64,000 nt of DNA from an uncultured Gemmatimonadales bacterium (GTDB lineage: Bacteria > Gemmatimonadota > Gemmatimonadetes > Gemmatimonadales > GWC2-71-9), in assembly GCA_963844035.1 (NCBI GenBank), contig CAWJMT010000035.1:64001-128000 (forward strand), written 5' to 3'. Made by a program: the position numbers and the translations under genes. The notes beneath the pieces are model-generated. The model ran no database searches, was not told the DNA's origin, and saw only the letters and a list, made by a program, of their open reading frames with translations. Of the stretch, positions 30,180 through 39,685 are shown in pieces (positions within the stretch are counted from its first letter, which is position 1; the number at the start of each line of letters is the position of its first letter).

Positions 30180-30216
30180 CTTGCACCCCGTTGGGGTGGG
30201 GGGTAACTTTCGACGT

Positions 30217-30534
30217 ATGGCGGATTTATCCAACCTGCTCCAGCTGGGGCAGCAGATGCAGTTTCGGCTTTCGGAGATCCAGTCCCAGCTCGCCCAGCAG
30301 ACCGTGACGTGCTCGGCCGGCGGGGGAATGGTCCAGGCGACGGCCGACGGGCGCGGCCAGATCCGCGCGATCAAGATCGACCCCCAGGCCGTCAATCCGG
30401 GTGATGTCGAGATGCTCGAGGACCTCGTCCTCGCCGCCGTGGCGGAAGCGCAGAAGCGCGCCGCCGAGCTGTACCAGGCGGAAGTGCGCAAACTCACTAC
30501 GGGCTTGCCGTTCCCGTTTCAGCTGCCGTTGTAG
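30217..30534 (+). CDS. ybaB: YbaB/EbfC nucleoid-associated protein
   Basis: SAGGGMV..TADG...IKIDP..D.EMLEDLVLAAV; between dnaX and recR. Confidence 0.93.
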   Translation: MADLSNLLQLGQQMQFRLSEIQSQLAQQTVTCSAGGGMVQATADGRGQIRAIKIDPQAVNPGDVEMLEDLVLAAVAEAQKRAAELYQAEVRKLTTGLPFPFQLPL

Positions 30535-30540
30535 CTCGCC

Positions 30541-31143
30541 GTGTCGGCCATTGAAGATCTCGTGGCGGAGCTTGCCAAGTTGCCCGGGATCGGACAGAAG
30601 ACGGCGCAGCGCCTCACGTTTCATCTGTTGAAGCAGCCGCCGGAATTCGCAGGGCGGCTGGCGGACGCGATTCGGCGGGTCCGGGACCGGGTCACGGTCT
30701 GCCCCACGTGCGGGAACCTGACCGACGAAGCGCCCTGCGCCATTTGCGCCGACCCGCGCCGGGATGGCTCAGTGCTGTGCGTGGTGGAGGAGGCGTCGGA
30801 CGTCGGGGCGATCGAGCGCAGCGCGCGATTCCGCGGCCGCTACCACGTGCTGGGCGGGCGGCTCAGCCCGCTGGACGGCGTCGGTCCCGAGTCGCTGCGG
30901 CTCGAGGAGCTGCTCGAGCGGGTGAGCAACGGCTCGGAGGTGCGGGAGGTGATCGTCGCGACCAATCCCTCCATGGAGGGAGAGGTGACGGCGACCTATC
31001 TGCAGCAGCTGTTGAAGCCGACCGGTGTGCGCGTTACCCGCATTGCGCGCGGGCTGCCGGTGGGTGGGGATCTGGAGTATGCCGACGGGGTGACGATCGC
31101 GCAGGCCCTCTCAGCGCGACGCGACATGTCCGAAGGGGCGTAA
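30541..31143 (+). CDS. recR: Recombination mediator RecR
   Basis: LPGIGQKTAQRL, C4 Zn finger, YHVLGG.LSPLDG, TRIARGLPVGGDLEYAD. Confidence 0.97.
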   Translation: MSAIEDLVAELAKLPGIGQKTAQRLTFHLLKQPPEFAGRLADAIRRVRDRVTVCPTCGNLTDEAPCAICADPRRDGSVLCVVEEASDVGAIERSARFRGRYHVLGGRLSPLDGVGPESLRLEELLERVSNGSEVREVIVATNPSMEGEVTATYLQQLLKPTGVRVTRIARGLPVGGDLEYADGVTIAQALSARRDMSEGA

Positions 31144-31155
31144 CCGAGGAGCTGC

Positions 31156-31644
31156 ATGGCTGGTGCGGCGAGCTGGTCGTTCTCCGAGAACGACTTCAAA
31201 CTGATTCAGCAGCACCTGCAGGCGTTCCTGCGCGAGTCGAACGCGCGCTGCGCCTTGCTCGTCGACCGCACCGGGCAGCTCGTGGCCACCGTGGGCGATC
31301 CGCCGCAGTTCGACTCCGCCGCCTTCGCTTCGCTCACCGCCGCCGACTTCAGCGCCAATGACCAGCTCGCCAAAATGATCGGCGAGCAGGAGTTTGCCTC
31401 CCTGGTCCATCAAGGTGAAAAGGAGTCGATGTACCTCGCCGACGTGGCGAAGCGGGTGATTCTCGTCGTGCTCTTCGATCAGCGGACGACGCTGGGGCTC
31501 GTGAAGCTCAAGGCGCGGAATGCCGTCGAGCAGTTGAACAAAGTCTTCGAGGAAATGTTCAACCGGGTCGGCACCGGTCCGAGCTCGTCTCAGAAGGGGC
31601 TGCTCGAAGGGGCGGAAGACGAAATTGATAAGCTTTTCAGCTAA
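31156..31644 (+). CDS. mglB: Roadblock/LC7 protein MglB (GAP for MglA)
   Basis: LVDRTGQL..FASLTAADFSA..LAKMIGEQEF..HQGE..TTLGLVKL; upstream of mglA. Confidence 0.9.
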   Translation: MAGAASWSFSENDFKLIQQHLQAFLRESNARCALLVDRTGQLVATVGDPPQFDSAAFASLTAADFSANDQLAKMIGEQEFASLVHQGEKESMYLADVAKRVILVVLFDQRTTLGLVKLKARNAVEQLNKVFEEMFNRVGTGPSSSQKGLLEGAEDEIDKLFS

Positions 31645-31656
31645 GGGGACGCAGCT

Positions 31657-32331
31657 ATGTCGATGATCAACTACGCGTCCCGCGAGATCAACTGCAAGTT
31701 GGTCTACTACGGCCCCGGATTAGGCGGCAAGACCAGCAACCTCGAGCACATCTACGGCAAAGTGGCTCCCAACACCCGGGGGAAGATGATTTCGCTCGCG
31801 ACCGAAACCGAGCGGACCCTCTTCTTCGATTTCCTTCCCGTGGACCTGGGCACCATTCGCGGCTTCAAGACGCGGTTTCACCTCTACACCGTGCCGGGCC
31901 AGGTCTACTACAACGCCAGCCGCAAGCTCATTCTGAAAGGCGTGGACGGGATCGTCTTCGTCGCCGACAGCCAGATCGAGCGCATGGAGGCCAACGTCGA
32001 GTCGATGCAGAACCTGTACGACAACATGGCCGAGTACGGATACGACCTGACCAAGATTCCGTTCGTCATTCAGTACAACAAGCGCGATCTCCCGAACGCC
32101 GCGCCGATCAAGGATCTGCAATCGTCCCTGAATCCGGGATGGCCGATCGAAGATCCGGCGCAGCAGAAGGTGGTTCCCGATCCGGCCCACCCCGGGGAGA
32201 ACCTCGTCGACCGGATCGGCGGTGAGTGGATCGGCCACGCGAGCTACATCGAGGGCGTTGCGGTCCGGGGGGATGGCGTATTCGATACATTGAAAGCCGT
32301 TAGCAAGTCGGTGCTGAAAACGCTGAGCTAG
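31657..32331 (+). CDS. mglA: Small Ras-like GTPase MglA
   Basis: [40 protein letters not shown]. Confidence 0.95.
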   Translation: MSMINYASREINCKLVYYGPGLGGKTSNLEHIYGKVAPNTRGKMISLATETERTLFFDFLPVDLGTIRGFKTRFHLYTVPGQVYYNASRKLILKGVDGIVFVADSQIERMEANVESMQNLYDNMAEYGYDLTKIPFVIQYNKRDLPNAAPIKDLQSSLNPGWPIEDPAQQKVVPDPAHPGENLVDRIGGEWIGHASYIEGVAVRGDGVFDTLKAVSKSVLKTLS

Positions 32332-32342
32332 AAGGCGGTCCC

Positions 32343-32984
32343 ATGCAGTGGACCTGGCCCAACATCCTGACGCTCGCGCGTATCTGCCTCACGCCCGTCA
32401 TCGCGCTCCTGCCGTTCATCGAAGGGTACTGGCCCAAGGTCATCGCGCTGGTGATCTTCATCATCGCCGCGCTCTCCGACATGCTCGATGGCTACCTGGC
32501 GCGCCGCTACAAGCAGGTGAGCGAGCTGGGCCAGCTGCTCGACCCCATCGCCGACAAGCTGCTGCTGTTCGCCACGCTGATCCCCATCTACTGGATCACG
32601 CGCCACCCCACGATCCTGGTGGACTACCGCATCCCCTGGTGGGGCAGCCTGCCGGTGTGGGTGGCGCTGATCCTCGTGGGACGCGAAGTGCTGGTCACCG
32701 TCGGCCGCTGGTTTGCCCTGCGGCGCGGCGTTGTGATTCCCGCGGGGGGGCCGGGCAAGCTCAAGGCGGCCTTCCAGAACGTCTTCATCGGCGCGACGAT
32801 CGCGTGGTTTGCCTGGAAGGATGCGCTTGCCGCCCATTCCTGGGCCGGATGGTTCCGAAACTTCTGGGACAAGTTCCACGGCGCCGTGGTGGCGATCACG
32901 CTGCTCGGGGCCGTGGTGCTGACGGTGTACTCGCTCATCGTCTACATCTACCGGTATCGCAAGCTGTTCAAGAGCGGCCAGTGA
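32343..32984 (+). CDS. pgsA: CDP-diacylglycerol--glycerol-3-phosphate 3-phosphatidyltransferase
   Basis: PNILTLARI, DMLDGYLAR..GQLLDPIADK, GKLK. Confidence 0.85.
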   Translation: MQWTWPNILTLARICLTPVIALLPFIEGYWPKVIALVIFIIAALSDMLDGYLARRYKQVSELGQLLDPIADKLLLFATLIPIYWITRHPTILVDYRIPWWGSLPVWVALILVGREVLVTVGRWFALRRGVVIPAGGPGKLKAAFQNVFIGATIAWFAWKDALAAHSWAGWFRNFWDKFHGAVVAITLLGAVVLTVYSLIVYIYRYRKLFKSGQ

Positions 32985-34234
32985 AGCTTGAAGTCGTCAC
33001 CATTGGTACCGAGCTGATCCTGGGAGCTACGCTCGACTCGAACGGCGCCGAGCTGGGGCGGGCGTTCGCGGCGGCCGGCGTCGAGATCACGCGCCGGACC
33101 ACCATCCCGGACCGGCCGGACGCGATCCGCGCCGCGGTAGCGGAAGCGCTCGAGCGCACCGGCTTCGTCGTCACCACCGGGGGCCTGGGCCCGACGCGTG
33201 ACGACGAAACGAAAACGGTGGTCGCGGAGCTGCTCGGGCGGCCGCTCACGCTCGACGAGGGTCTCCTGCTGGCGCTGGAATCCCGCTTCCAGCGGATGGG
33301 CCGCTGGCCCATGCCCGCGGCCAATCGCTCTCAGGCCTACGTCCCCGAGGGAGCGACGGTGCTGCCCAACCCACGGGGCACCGCGCCCGGCCTCTGGATC
33401 GAGGACTCGGACGGTCGCACGGCGGTGTTGTTGCCGGGGGTGCCGCGAGAAATGCGCGGGCTGCTGGTGGAGGAGGTCCTGCCACGCCTGGTGCAGCGCG
33501 CCGGCGCCGGCGTCCCGCGTGGTGCGCTCCCGGACGGTGCGCACGACCGGCGTCCCTGAGTCCGCTTTGGCCGAGCGCGTTGGCGCGATCGAAGAGTCCA
33601 TCGCACCCCTGACGCTGGCGTATCTCCCCTCCCTGCTCGGCGTCGATCTGCGGGTCACCGCGTGGGGTCTCGCGCCGGACGATGCGGAGCGCCGTCTCAC
33701 CGACGCCGCGGGCCGGCTCGCCCGACTCGCCGACGAGCACTACTACGGCGATGACGACACCGATCTCGCGGCCCACGTGCTCGCCCGGCTGCGACAGGGC
33801 GGGCACCGCCTGGGGATCGCGGAATCGTGCACCGGGGGCCTGGTGGGACAGCGGATCACGGCGATCCCGGGCGCGTCCGACACGTTCATCGGCGGCGTGG
33901 TGGCGTACGCCGACGCGATCAAGCACGACGTGCTCGGCGTTCCGCAGGAGACGCTCGACACCCACGGCGCCGTGTCGGAGCAGACGGTGCGCGCCATGGT
34001 CGAGGGGGCGCAACGCGTCTTCGCGGTCGATTGCAGCATGGCGGTCACGGGGATCGCGGGGCCGGGGGGCGGCACGCCCGACAAGCCGGTGGGGACGGTG
34101 TGGCTCGGCCGCCCGCGTCGGCGCCGAAACCCGGACGGTGCGGCGAGTGTTTCCGGGCGACCGCGACGAGGTCCGCGCGCGCGCGGCGCAGGCCGTGCTC
34201 GACTTGCTGCGCCGGCAGCTGCCACTCGTCCTGA
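32981..34234 (+). CDS. cinA: Competence/damage-inducible protein A (molybdopterin-binding-like + NMN deamidase), frameshifted
   Basis: IGTELILG..DSN, TGGLGPTRDD, GTAPG, LPGVPREM, AESCTGG, GAVSE, TGIAGPGG..KPVGTV. Confidence 0.9.
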
Positions 34235-35053
34235 TGCCGACGCTCACCGCGCCGGACGGCACCCAGCTGGTGTACGACGCCTTCGAGCCCCCGTCTCCCC
34301 GAGCGGCAGTCCTGCTGCTGCACGGGTGGTTCGACCACGCCGGGCGCTGGAGCGACGTGGCGGAGCGGCTGCGCGACGCGGGCTACGGCGTCTACGTGCT
34401 CGACCAGCGGGGGCACGGACGCTCCGGCGGCCGGCGCGGGCACCTCTCCCGGTTCAGCCAGCTGCTGGGGGACCTTCAGGCGTTCAGGCGCGCCGTTCGC
34501 CGCCGCCACACCGAGACGCCGCAGGTGCTGCTGGCGCATTCGTTCGGCGGGTTGGTGGCGCTGCGCTACCTCGAGACTCAGCCGGGCGATCCGATCGCGG
34601 CCGGCGGTGGTCTCCTGCCCATGGCTGGCGCTCGCCGCGCCGCCCCCGGTGTGGAAGACACTCGCGGGGCGGCTGCTCGCGGACCTCTGGCCGACGCTGC
34701 CGATCCCCGCGGCGGTCGACGCGGCCCTGTTGAGTCGCGACGCCGCGATCAACGCCGCCTACGAGGCCGACCCCGTGGTGCACGGCCGGATGACGCCCGG
34801 GGCGTGGCGCGAGATCCAGTGGGCGCAGCGCGCCGTGGCGGCGGACGGCGCCCGGATCGACGTTCCGCTGCTGTTTCTCCTCGCAGGGGAAGACCGGATC
34901 GTGGACGCCCACGCGGCGCGGGCCTTCGCCGACGGCCTCGCCGAGCACGAGGTGAAGTGGTACCCGGAGATGTTTCACGAGGTGCTGCACGATCCGCAGC
35001 GCGAGCAGGTGATTGCCGACATCCTTACATTTCTCAGTTCGCGCGGAATATGA
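34234..35053 (+). CDS. Alpha/beta hydrolase, lysophospholipase-like (frameshift near 34600)
   Basis: LHGWFDH, DQRGHGRS, AHSFGG, GEDRIVD, FHE. Confidence 0.85.
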
Positions 35054-35622
35054 GCCACGACACCGATCGACCCAACGATTCCAAAGGCCTCGACCCGAGC
35101 GGGACGGAGGGGGAGCAGGTCGCGGATGCCGTGGAGACGAGCGCTTCGGGAGCCGACGCGCAGCTGGCGGAGCTCACCGATCGGCATCTCCGGCTCGCCG
35201 CCGAGTACGACAACTTTCGCAGGCGAACAGGGAAGGAGCGTGGCGAGCTGTGGGCGAAGGCGCAGGCAGCCCTTCTGGGCCGCCTGGTCGATGCCCTGGA
35301 CGATCTCTCCCGCTTTGCCGGCGTGGACCCCGCACGGACCGACGCCAAGACGCTGCACGAGGGCGTCAACCTGGTGGAGCGGAAGTTTTGGAAAGAGCTC
35401 GAAGCGGCGGGCGTGCGGCGCATGGACCAGGTGGGCGTCGTGTTCGACCCCAACTTGCACGAGGCCGTGACGACGGCGCCGGCGGCCACGCCCGCCCAGG
35501 ACCACACCGTCGGGGCCGTCCTCCAGGCGGGGTATAAGCTCGGGGACCTGCTCATCCGGCCGGCCCGGGTGCAGGTGCTCACCTGGCAAGGGGACGCGGG
35601 ACGAGGGACGGGGGAAGGGTAA
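35050..35622 (+). CDS. grpE: Nucleotide exchange factor GrpE
   Basis: RLAAEYDNFRRR, FDPNLHEAV, QAGYKLGDLLIRPARV. Confidence 0.95.
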   Translation: MSHDTDRPNDSKGLDPSGTEGEQVADAVETSASGADAQLAELTDRHLRLAAEYDNFRRRTGKERGELWAKAQAALLGRLVDALDDLSRFAGVDPARTDAKTLHEGVNLVERKFWKELEAAGVRRMDQVGVVFDPNLHEAVTTAPAATPAQDHTVGAVLQAGYKLGDLLIRPARVQVLTWQGDAGRGTGEG

Positions 35623-36705
35623 TGGCAGCGCCGCGGGACTACTACCAGACGTTGGGCGTCTCGGAGACGGCGACGACCGACGAGATCAAGAAGGCGTTTC
35701 GGCGGCTCGCGAAGCAGCACCATCCCGATCGCAACCCCAACAATCCGCAGGCCGTCGAGCGCTTCAAGGAGGTCAACGAAGCGCACGACGTGCTGAGCGA
35801 CCCCGCCAAGCGGAAGAAGTACGACGAGATGCGCCGCTACGGCGCGTTCGCCGGGGCGGGGGCCGGCTGGGGTGCGGGGCGGCCAGGGCCGGGGAGCGGC
35901 GGCGGTGTCGACTTCGATGCCTCGGACGGGTCCTTTGGGGGGCTCGGCGACCTGTTCTCGTCGATCTTCGGCCGCCGCGGGGAGGGCCGCGGCGGTGAGC
36001 CCGACGATGAGGTCGAGACCACCGTGACGATTCCGTTCCGCGTGGCGGCTCTGGGGGGCAAGGTACCGATCGTGCTGGGGCTCACCGAGGTGTGCCCGAT
36101 GTGCAGCGGCAGCGGGGCCGCGCCCGGAGCGATCGATTTCGACCTGCCCCGAGTGCCGCGGTCGCGGGACCGTTTCGTTCGGCCAGGGCGGGTTCGCGGT
36201 GAACCGGCCGTGCCCGGTATGTCGCGGGAAGGGAAAGGTCCCGTCAGAGCCGTGCCCGACCTGCCGCGGATCGGGGGACGTGCGCGTCGAGAAGCGCCTG
36301 GCGATTACGGTGCCGCCCGGGACCGAGGACGGCGCGCGCATGCGCTTGAAGGGCGAAGGCGCACGGGGGCGCGGGGACATCGTGGTGGTGTTTCAAGTCG
36401 AGCCCGATCGGTTTTTCAGGCGTGAGGGGCTCGACGTGCTGTGCGTGGTGCCGATCAACGTGATGCAGGCGATGCTCGGCTCCAAGATCAAGGTCAAGAC
36501 GCTCGATGGGCGGAAGGTCGTGCTGCGCATCCCCCCCGGCACGCAGCACGGTCAGAAGTTCAGGATCCCGGGGCAGGGCATCGAGAAGATGGGCCGACGC
36601 GGCGACCAGTACGTCGAGGTGCGGGTGGAGATTCCGGAAAACCTGACGGTGGAACAGGAAGCCGCGGCACGCGAATTTGCGGACAAGGTGGGGATCAAGC
36701 ACTAA
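35622..36705 (+). CDS. dnaJ: DnaJ chaperone (frameshift near 36135)
   Basis: J-domain DYYQTLGV..HPD; four CxxCxGxG repeats across two frames; C-terminal IPPGTQ. Confidence 0.9.
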
Positions 36706-36719
36706 CTTGGCCCCTCCCC

Positions 36720-36749
36720 TTGCTCAGAGGTCGGCGGCCATGATAGTCT
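36720..36749 (+). promoter_or_regulatory. Sigma70-type promoter upstream of the leader/tRNA-Asn unit
   Basis: TTGCTC (36720-36725), 18 nt, TAGTCT (36744-36749), with an extended-10 TG at 36741-36742. Confidence 0.55.
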
Positions 36750-36756
36750 TGGCCCC

Positions 36757-36813
36757 GTGAATTCACCTGCCGTGCGTGCGCCGAATACCAACGCAGGGAA
36801 CCGCGTCGCGTAG
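36757..36813 (+). CDS. Putative Asn-rich leader peptide MNSPAVRAPNTNAGNRVA (leaderless GTG)
   Basis: 18 codons with Asn at 2, 10, 12 and 15; GTG is 7 nt after the -10; the stop lies in the antiterminator arm. Confidence 0.6.
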   Translation: MNSPAVRAPNTNAGNRVA

Positions 36814-36838
36814 CCCGTCGATCAGGTTCACGAAGGCT

Positions 36839-36866
36839 ACGCCCCCGGCACTGGGGGCGTTTTGTT
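36839..36866 (+). terminator. Intrinsic terminator (putative attenuator) upstream of tRNA-Asn
   Basis: ACGCCCCC-ggcact-GGGGGCGT followed by TTTGTT. Confidence 0.8.
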
Positions 36867-36870
36867 GGGC

Positions 36871-36933
36871 AGACGCTAAGACGGTAAGACGCTAAGACGG
36901 CCAGACGCTCGCATAGCGTCTTAGCGTCTTAGC
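36871..36933. repeat. Octamer tandem repeats forming a hairpin
   Basis: AGACGCTA/AGACGGTA units followed by inverted TAGCGTCT TAGCGTCT TAGC. Confidence 0.75.
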
Positions 36934-36950
36934 AACGTACGACTGTTTTT

Positions 36951-37023
36951 TGGGGTGTAGCTCAATTGGCAGAGCGCCCGGCTGTTAACCGGGAAGTTGG
37001 AGGTTCGAGTCCTCCCGCCCCAG
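36951..37023 (+). tRNA. tRNA-Asn (GTT); CCA not encoded
   Basis: Cloverleaf: TGGGGTG/CGCCCCA acceptor, GCTC/GAGC D stem, CCCGG-CT-GTT-AA-CCGGG, GGAGG-TTCGAGT-CCTCC, discriminator G. Confidence 0.97.
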
Positions 37024-37079
37024 TTGTTCAGGCGTCTACCATCCGATTGGCGACTTGCGCCGCACGGCGCACCGGGGGC

Positions 37080-37844
37080 GTGTTGACAGCTTCGCGTGGG
37101 ATCGGAATGTATCTGACGCTTGCCGGACTGGCCGCCTTCGTCGCGGCCTGCCCGGGCAAATCCCGCAAGGCCGCGCCACCACCGGCGCCGGCGCAGAAAT
37201 CGGTCTCCAAGAGCACGCGCGCCATGGCCGAAAGCATCAACGTCCTCGAGCAACACACCGCGCGCCTCGAATTGCGGCTCCTCGAAGGGGAAGCGCAGGT
37301 CGGAGACCTCCAGGCCAAGCTGGACGAGGCCCGGCAGGAGGTGGTGCGGGCGATGGCGAAGCTGCAGACCCTCGCGAGCAAGGCGGAGGCAGCATCCGCG
37401 ATCGCTGAAGCGGAGATCGCCATTGAGGCGCTGAAAACCGCCGCCGGCCAGCTCGGGACGGCCGAGGCCGCGCAAGCCGAGCAGCTGTTGCGCATGGGCA
37501 CGAAGGAGTTTGACGAGGAGAACTACGGCGGCGCGCTCTACCTGGCGAATCAGGCCAAGAACCTGGCGGCCCGGAGCCAGACGCGCTTGACGAGCTCGGT
37601 CCGCGGGGCGCTGCGGCCCGGTGAGGTGCTGTTCGCGCTTCCCCTGCAGCTCCAGACCCTGGTGCGCGGCAACGTGCGCGACGGCCCGGGCACCAATTTC
37701 AAGGTGCTGTTCACGCTCGATGCGGGGACGCCGCTGCTCGGGTATTCGTACGCGGATGTGTGGGTGCGGGTGAGTGACGAGAGCGGTCGCAGCGGTTGGA
37801 TCTTCTATACGTTCGTCGGGAAACGGCAGGGGGCGAGCCACTAA
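37080..37844 (+). CDS. Lipoprotein with coiled coil and C-terminal bacterial SH3 domain (alternative start ATG 37107)
   Basis: Lipobox VAAC; NVRDGPGTNFKV..WVRV..SGWI. Confidence 0.75.
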   Translation: MLTASRGIGMYLTLAGLAAFVAACPGKSRKAAPPPAPAQKSVSKSTRAMAESINVLEQHTARLELRLLEGEAQVGDLQAKLDEARQEVVRAMAKLQTLASKAEAASAIAEAEIAIEALKTAAGQLGTAEAAQAEQLLRMGTKEFDEENYGGALYLANQAKNLAARSQTRLTSSVRGALRPGEVLFALPLQLQTLVRGNVRDGPGTNFKVLFTLDAGTPLLGYSYADVWVRVSDESGRSGWIFYTFVGKRQGASH

Positions 37845-37860
37845 CGGGGGAGCGGCGCGG

Positions 37861-39510
37861 TCAGCCACCCCGGCGCGTGGCGCGTGTCTCGCTTCGTTTG
37901 GCCGTGGAGACGCGGTCGCGGCCCGCACGCTTCGCCTGGTACATCGCCGCATCCGCGCTCGCGATCACGGCCTCGGGGGAATCGCCGTCGGTGGGGAACT
38001 CGGCGATCCCGATGCTCAGCGTGATCTTCCCGACGGCAAACTTCGTTTCGGCCAGATGGTCCCGAATGCGTTCGCTCACCTGCGCGGCGCCATCCATCTG
38101 GGTTTCCGGCAGCACCAGCAGGAATTCCTCGCCGCCATAGCGGGCCACGCAATCCACGTCGCGCGTCGACTCGCGCAACACCGTCGCCACCTGGACCAGG
38201 ACCTGGTCGCCGGCGAGGTGGCCGAACTCGTCGTTGTACTTCTTGAACTCGTCGACGTCCACCATCACCACGCTCATGACGCGCTTGTGGCGGCGGCAGC
38301 GGTGGATCTCGTTGGTGATGGTCTCCATCAGGTGGCGGCGGTTGTAGAGCTTGGTCAACCCGTCGGTGATGGAGAGGCGCTCCAGCTCATTCCGGCCGAC
38401 GCGCAGCCGGTCCACCATGTTGTTGAAGACTTCTGTGAGATACCCGACTTCGCCGCCGCTCGTGACCGGCAGGTCGACCGCGAAATCGCCGGCGGCGACC
38501 TCCGCGGCCCCGCGGGTGAGGCGATCCAGCGGGCGCACGATGAGCAGGCCGAGCAAGTAGGCGAGCAATCCGACGCCGGCGAGCAGCGCGGTGACGATCA
38601 GCGCCGTCTCGTTCCGGAGCCGGATCACCTGCTCGTACGCCACCCGCACGGGAATCTCGGCGACCACGCTCCAGTTGAGGCGGGGGATCTGCCGCAGGGC
38701 TCCCACGACGCGATGCTGGTCGAACCCATTGTACTCGAGGGTGGTCGCCTGGCGCTTGAGCAACGCCAGCATGGTGGCCTTGGGGAGCTGCGAGCGGATC
38801 GGCTGCGTCGAGCCGACCTGGGAATTCGTGATGACCTTCCCTTGGGCCGTGATCAGGTACATCTGCCCCGACGGTGCGGGGACCACGCGCTTCAGGAGGT
38901 CGTCCACCGTACCGATGTTCAACTTGGCCATCAGCGCGCCCATGAAGCGCCCATTGGCGAGGCGAATCGGGACCGCGGCGATCAACACGACCCGGGCGTG
39001 GACGTCGTCCCAATAGGGCTCGCCCACGGCGGCGCCGTTGGCGCGAACGTCGTTGAGCCAGTTCGTGGGCAGACGCACCGGACCGGTGCGCGCGGCGCTG
39101 GTCGCCACGGCACGGCCGGACATGTCCATCACCATCAATTCTTCGTAGTCGGTGAACCGCTCCCGGACCGACGTGAGGTAGTCGTTGAGCCGGGTGAGGC
39201 CGCGGCGCCCCGGTTTGGCGCTGGGGTCGACATTTTCCGAGACTTCGTAGGAGCTGGCGAAGACGCGCAGGTCGTAGAGCCGCTCCTTGAGCCAGAGATC
39301 GATCTCCCGGGCGGTCTCGGAGCTCACGCTCTGCAGCTGGGCTTTGATCTTCTCACCCAGCGACCGCTTGTTGTGCGTGTAGGAGACCCAGGCCGTGGAG
39401 CAGGAGGGAATGAGGGTCGCGAGCACGGCGAACGCCAGGAGCTTGTTACGAATGGTCTCCAGGCGCAGCACGCGCAGTTGCTTCGATATGGCCTGTTCCC
39501 AGGAAATCAC
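37861..39510 (-). CDS. Diguanylate cyclase (TM, Cache-like, TM, HAMP, GGDEF)
   Basis: TDGLTKLYNRR, DVDEFKKYNDEFGHLAGD, I-site RDVD, RYGGEEF. Confidence 0.92.
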   Translation of the reverse strand: MISWEQAISKQLRVLRLETIRNKLLAFAVLATLIPSCSTAWVSYTHNKRSLGEKIKAQLQSVSSETAREIDLWLKERLYDLRVFASSYEVSENVDPSAKPGRRGLTRLNDYLTSVRERFTDYEELMVMDMSGRAVATSAARTGPVRLPTNWLNDVRANGAAVGEPYWDDVHARVVLIAAVPIRLANGRFMGALMAKLNIGTVDDLLKRVVPAPSGQMYLITAQGKVITNSQVGSTQPIRSQLPKATMLALLKRQATTLEYNGFDQHRVVGALRQIPRLNWSVVAEIPVRVAYEQVIRLRNETALIVTALLAGVGLLAYLLGLLIVRPLDRLTRGAAEVAAGDFAVDLPVTSGGEVGYLTEVFNNMVDRLRVGRNELERLSITDGLTKLYNRRHLMETITNEIHRCRRHKRVMSVVMVDVDEFKKYNDEFGHLAGDQVLVQVATVLRESTRDVDCVARYGGEEFLLVLPETQMDGAAQVSERIRDHLAETKFAVGKITLSIGIAEFPTDGDSPEAVIASADAAMYQAKRAGRDRVSTAKRSETRATRRGG

Positions 39511-39625
39511 GTCCGGCTCTCCCCTTTTTCGGCACACCAACATTCACTTTCGCGCCCCACACGCAAGTGGAGCGGGCCGTAAACCGTTGAGAATGGCCTC
39601 CGGTCAAGCTTTCAGGGGGGACGGT

Positions 39626-39665
39626 CGCTGCTATAGGCGGAGGGCCTTCTCCGCCTATAGCAGCG
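39626..39665. repeat. Perfect 17-bp intergenic hairpin
   Basis: CGCTGCTATAGGCGGAG-ggcctt-CTCCGCCTATAGCAGCG. Confidence 0.8.
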
Positions 39666-39685
39666 TCGGTCGTCAGGGGGGCGAC

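Noticed and set aside
36751..36866. 6S RNA, c-di-AMP riboswitch or T-box
   Set aside because: Too short and lacking the conserved cores; only fragmentary resemblance (GCCGAAT, GGGAACC). The leader-peptide model explains the layout better. An Rfam scan would settle it.
21190..36933. CRISPR array at the tandem repeats
   Set aside because: Units are 7-8 nt with no spacers, and no cas genes are present.
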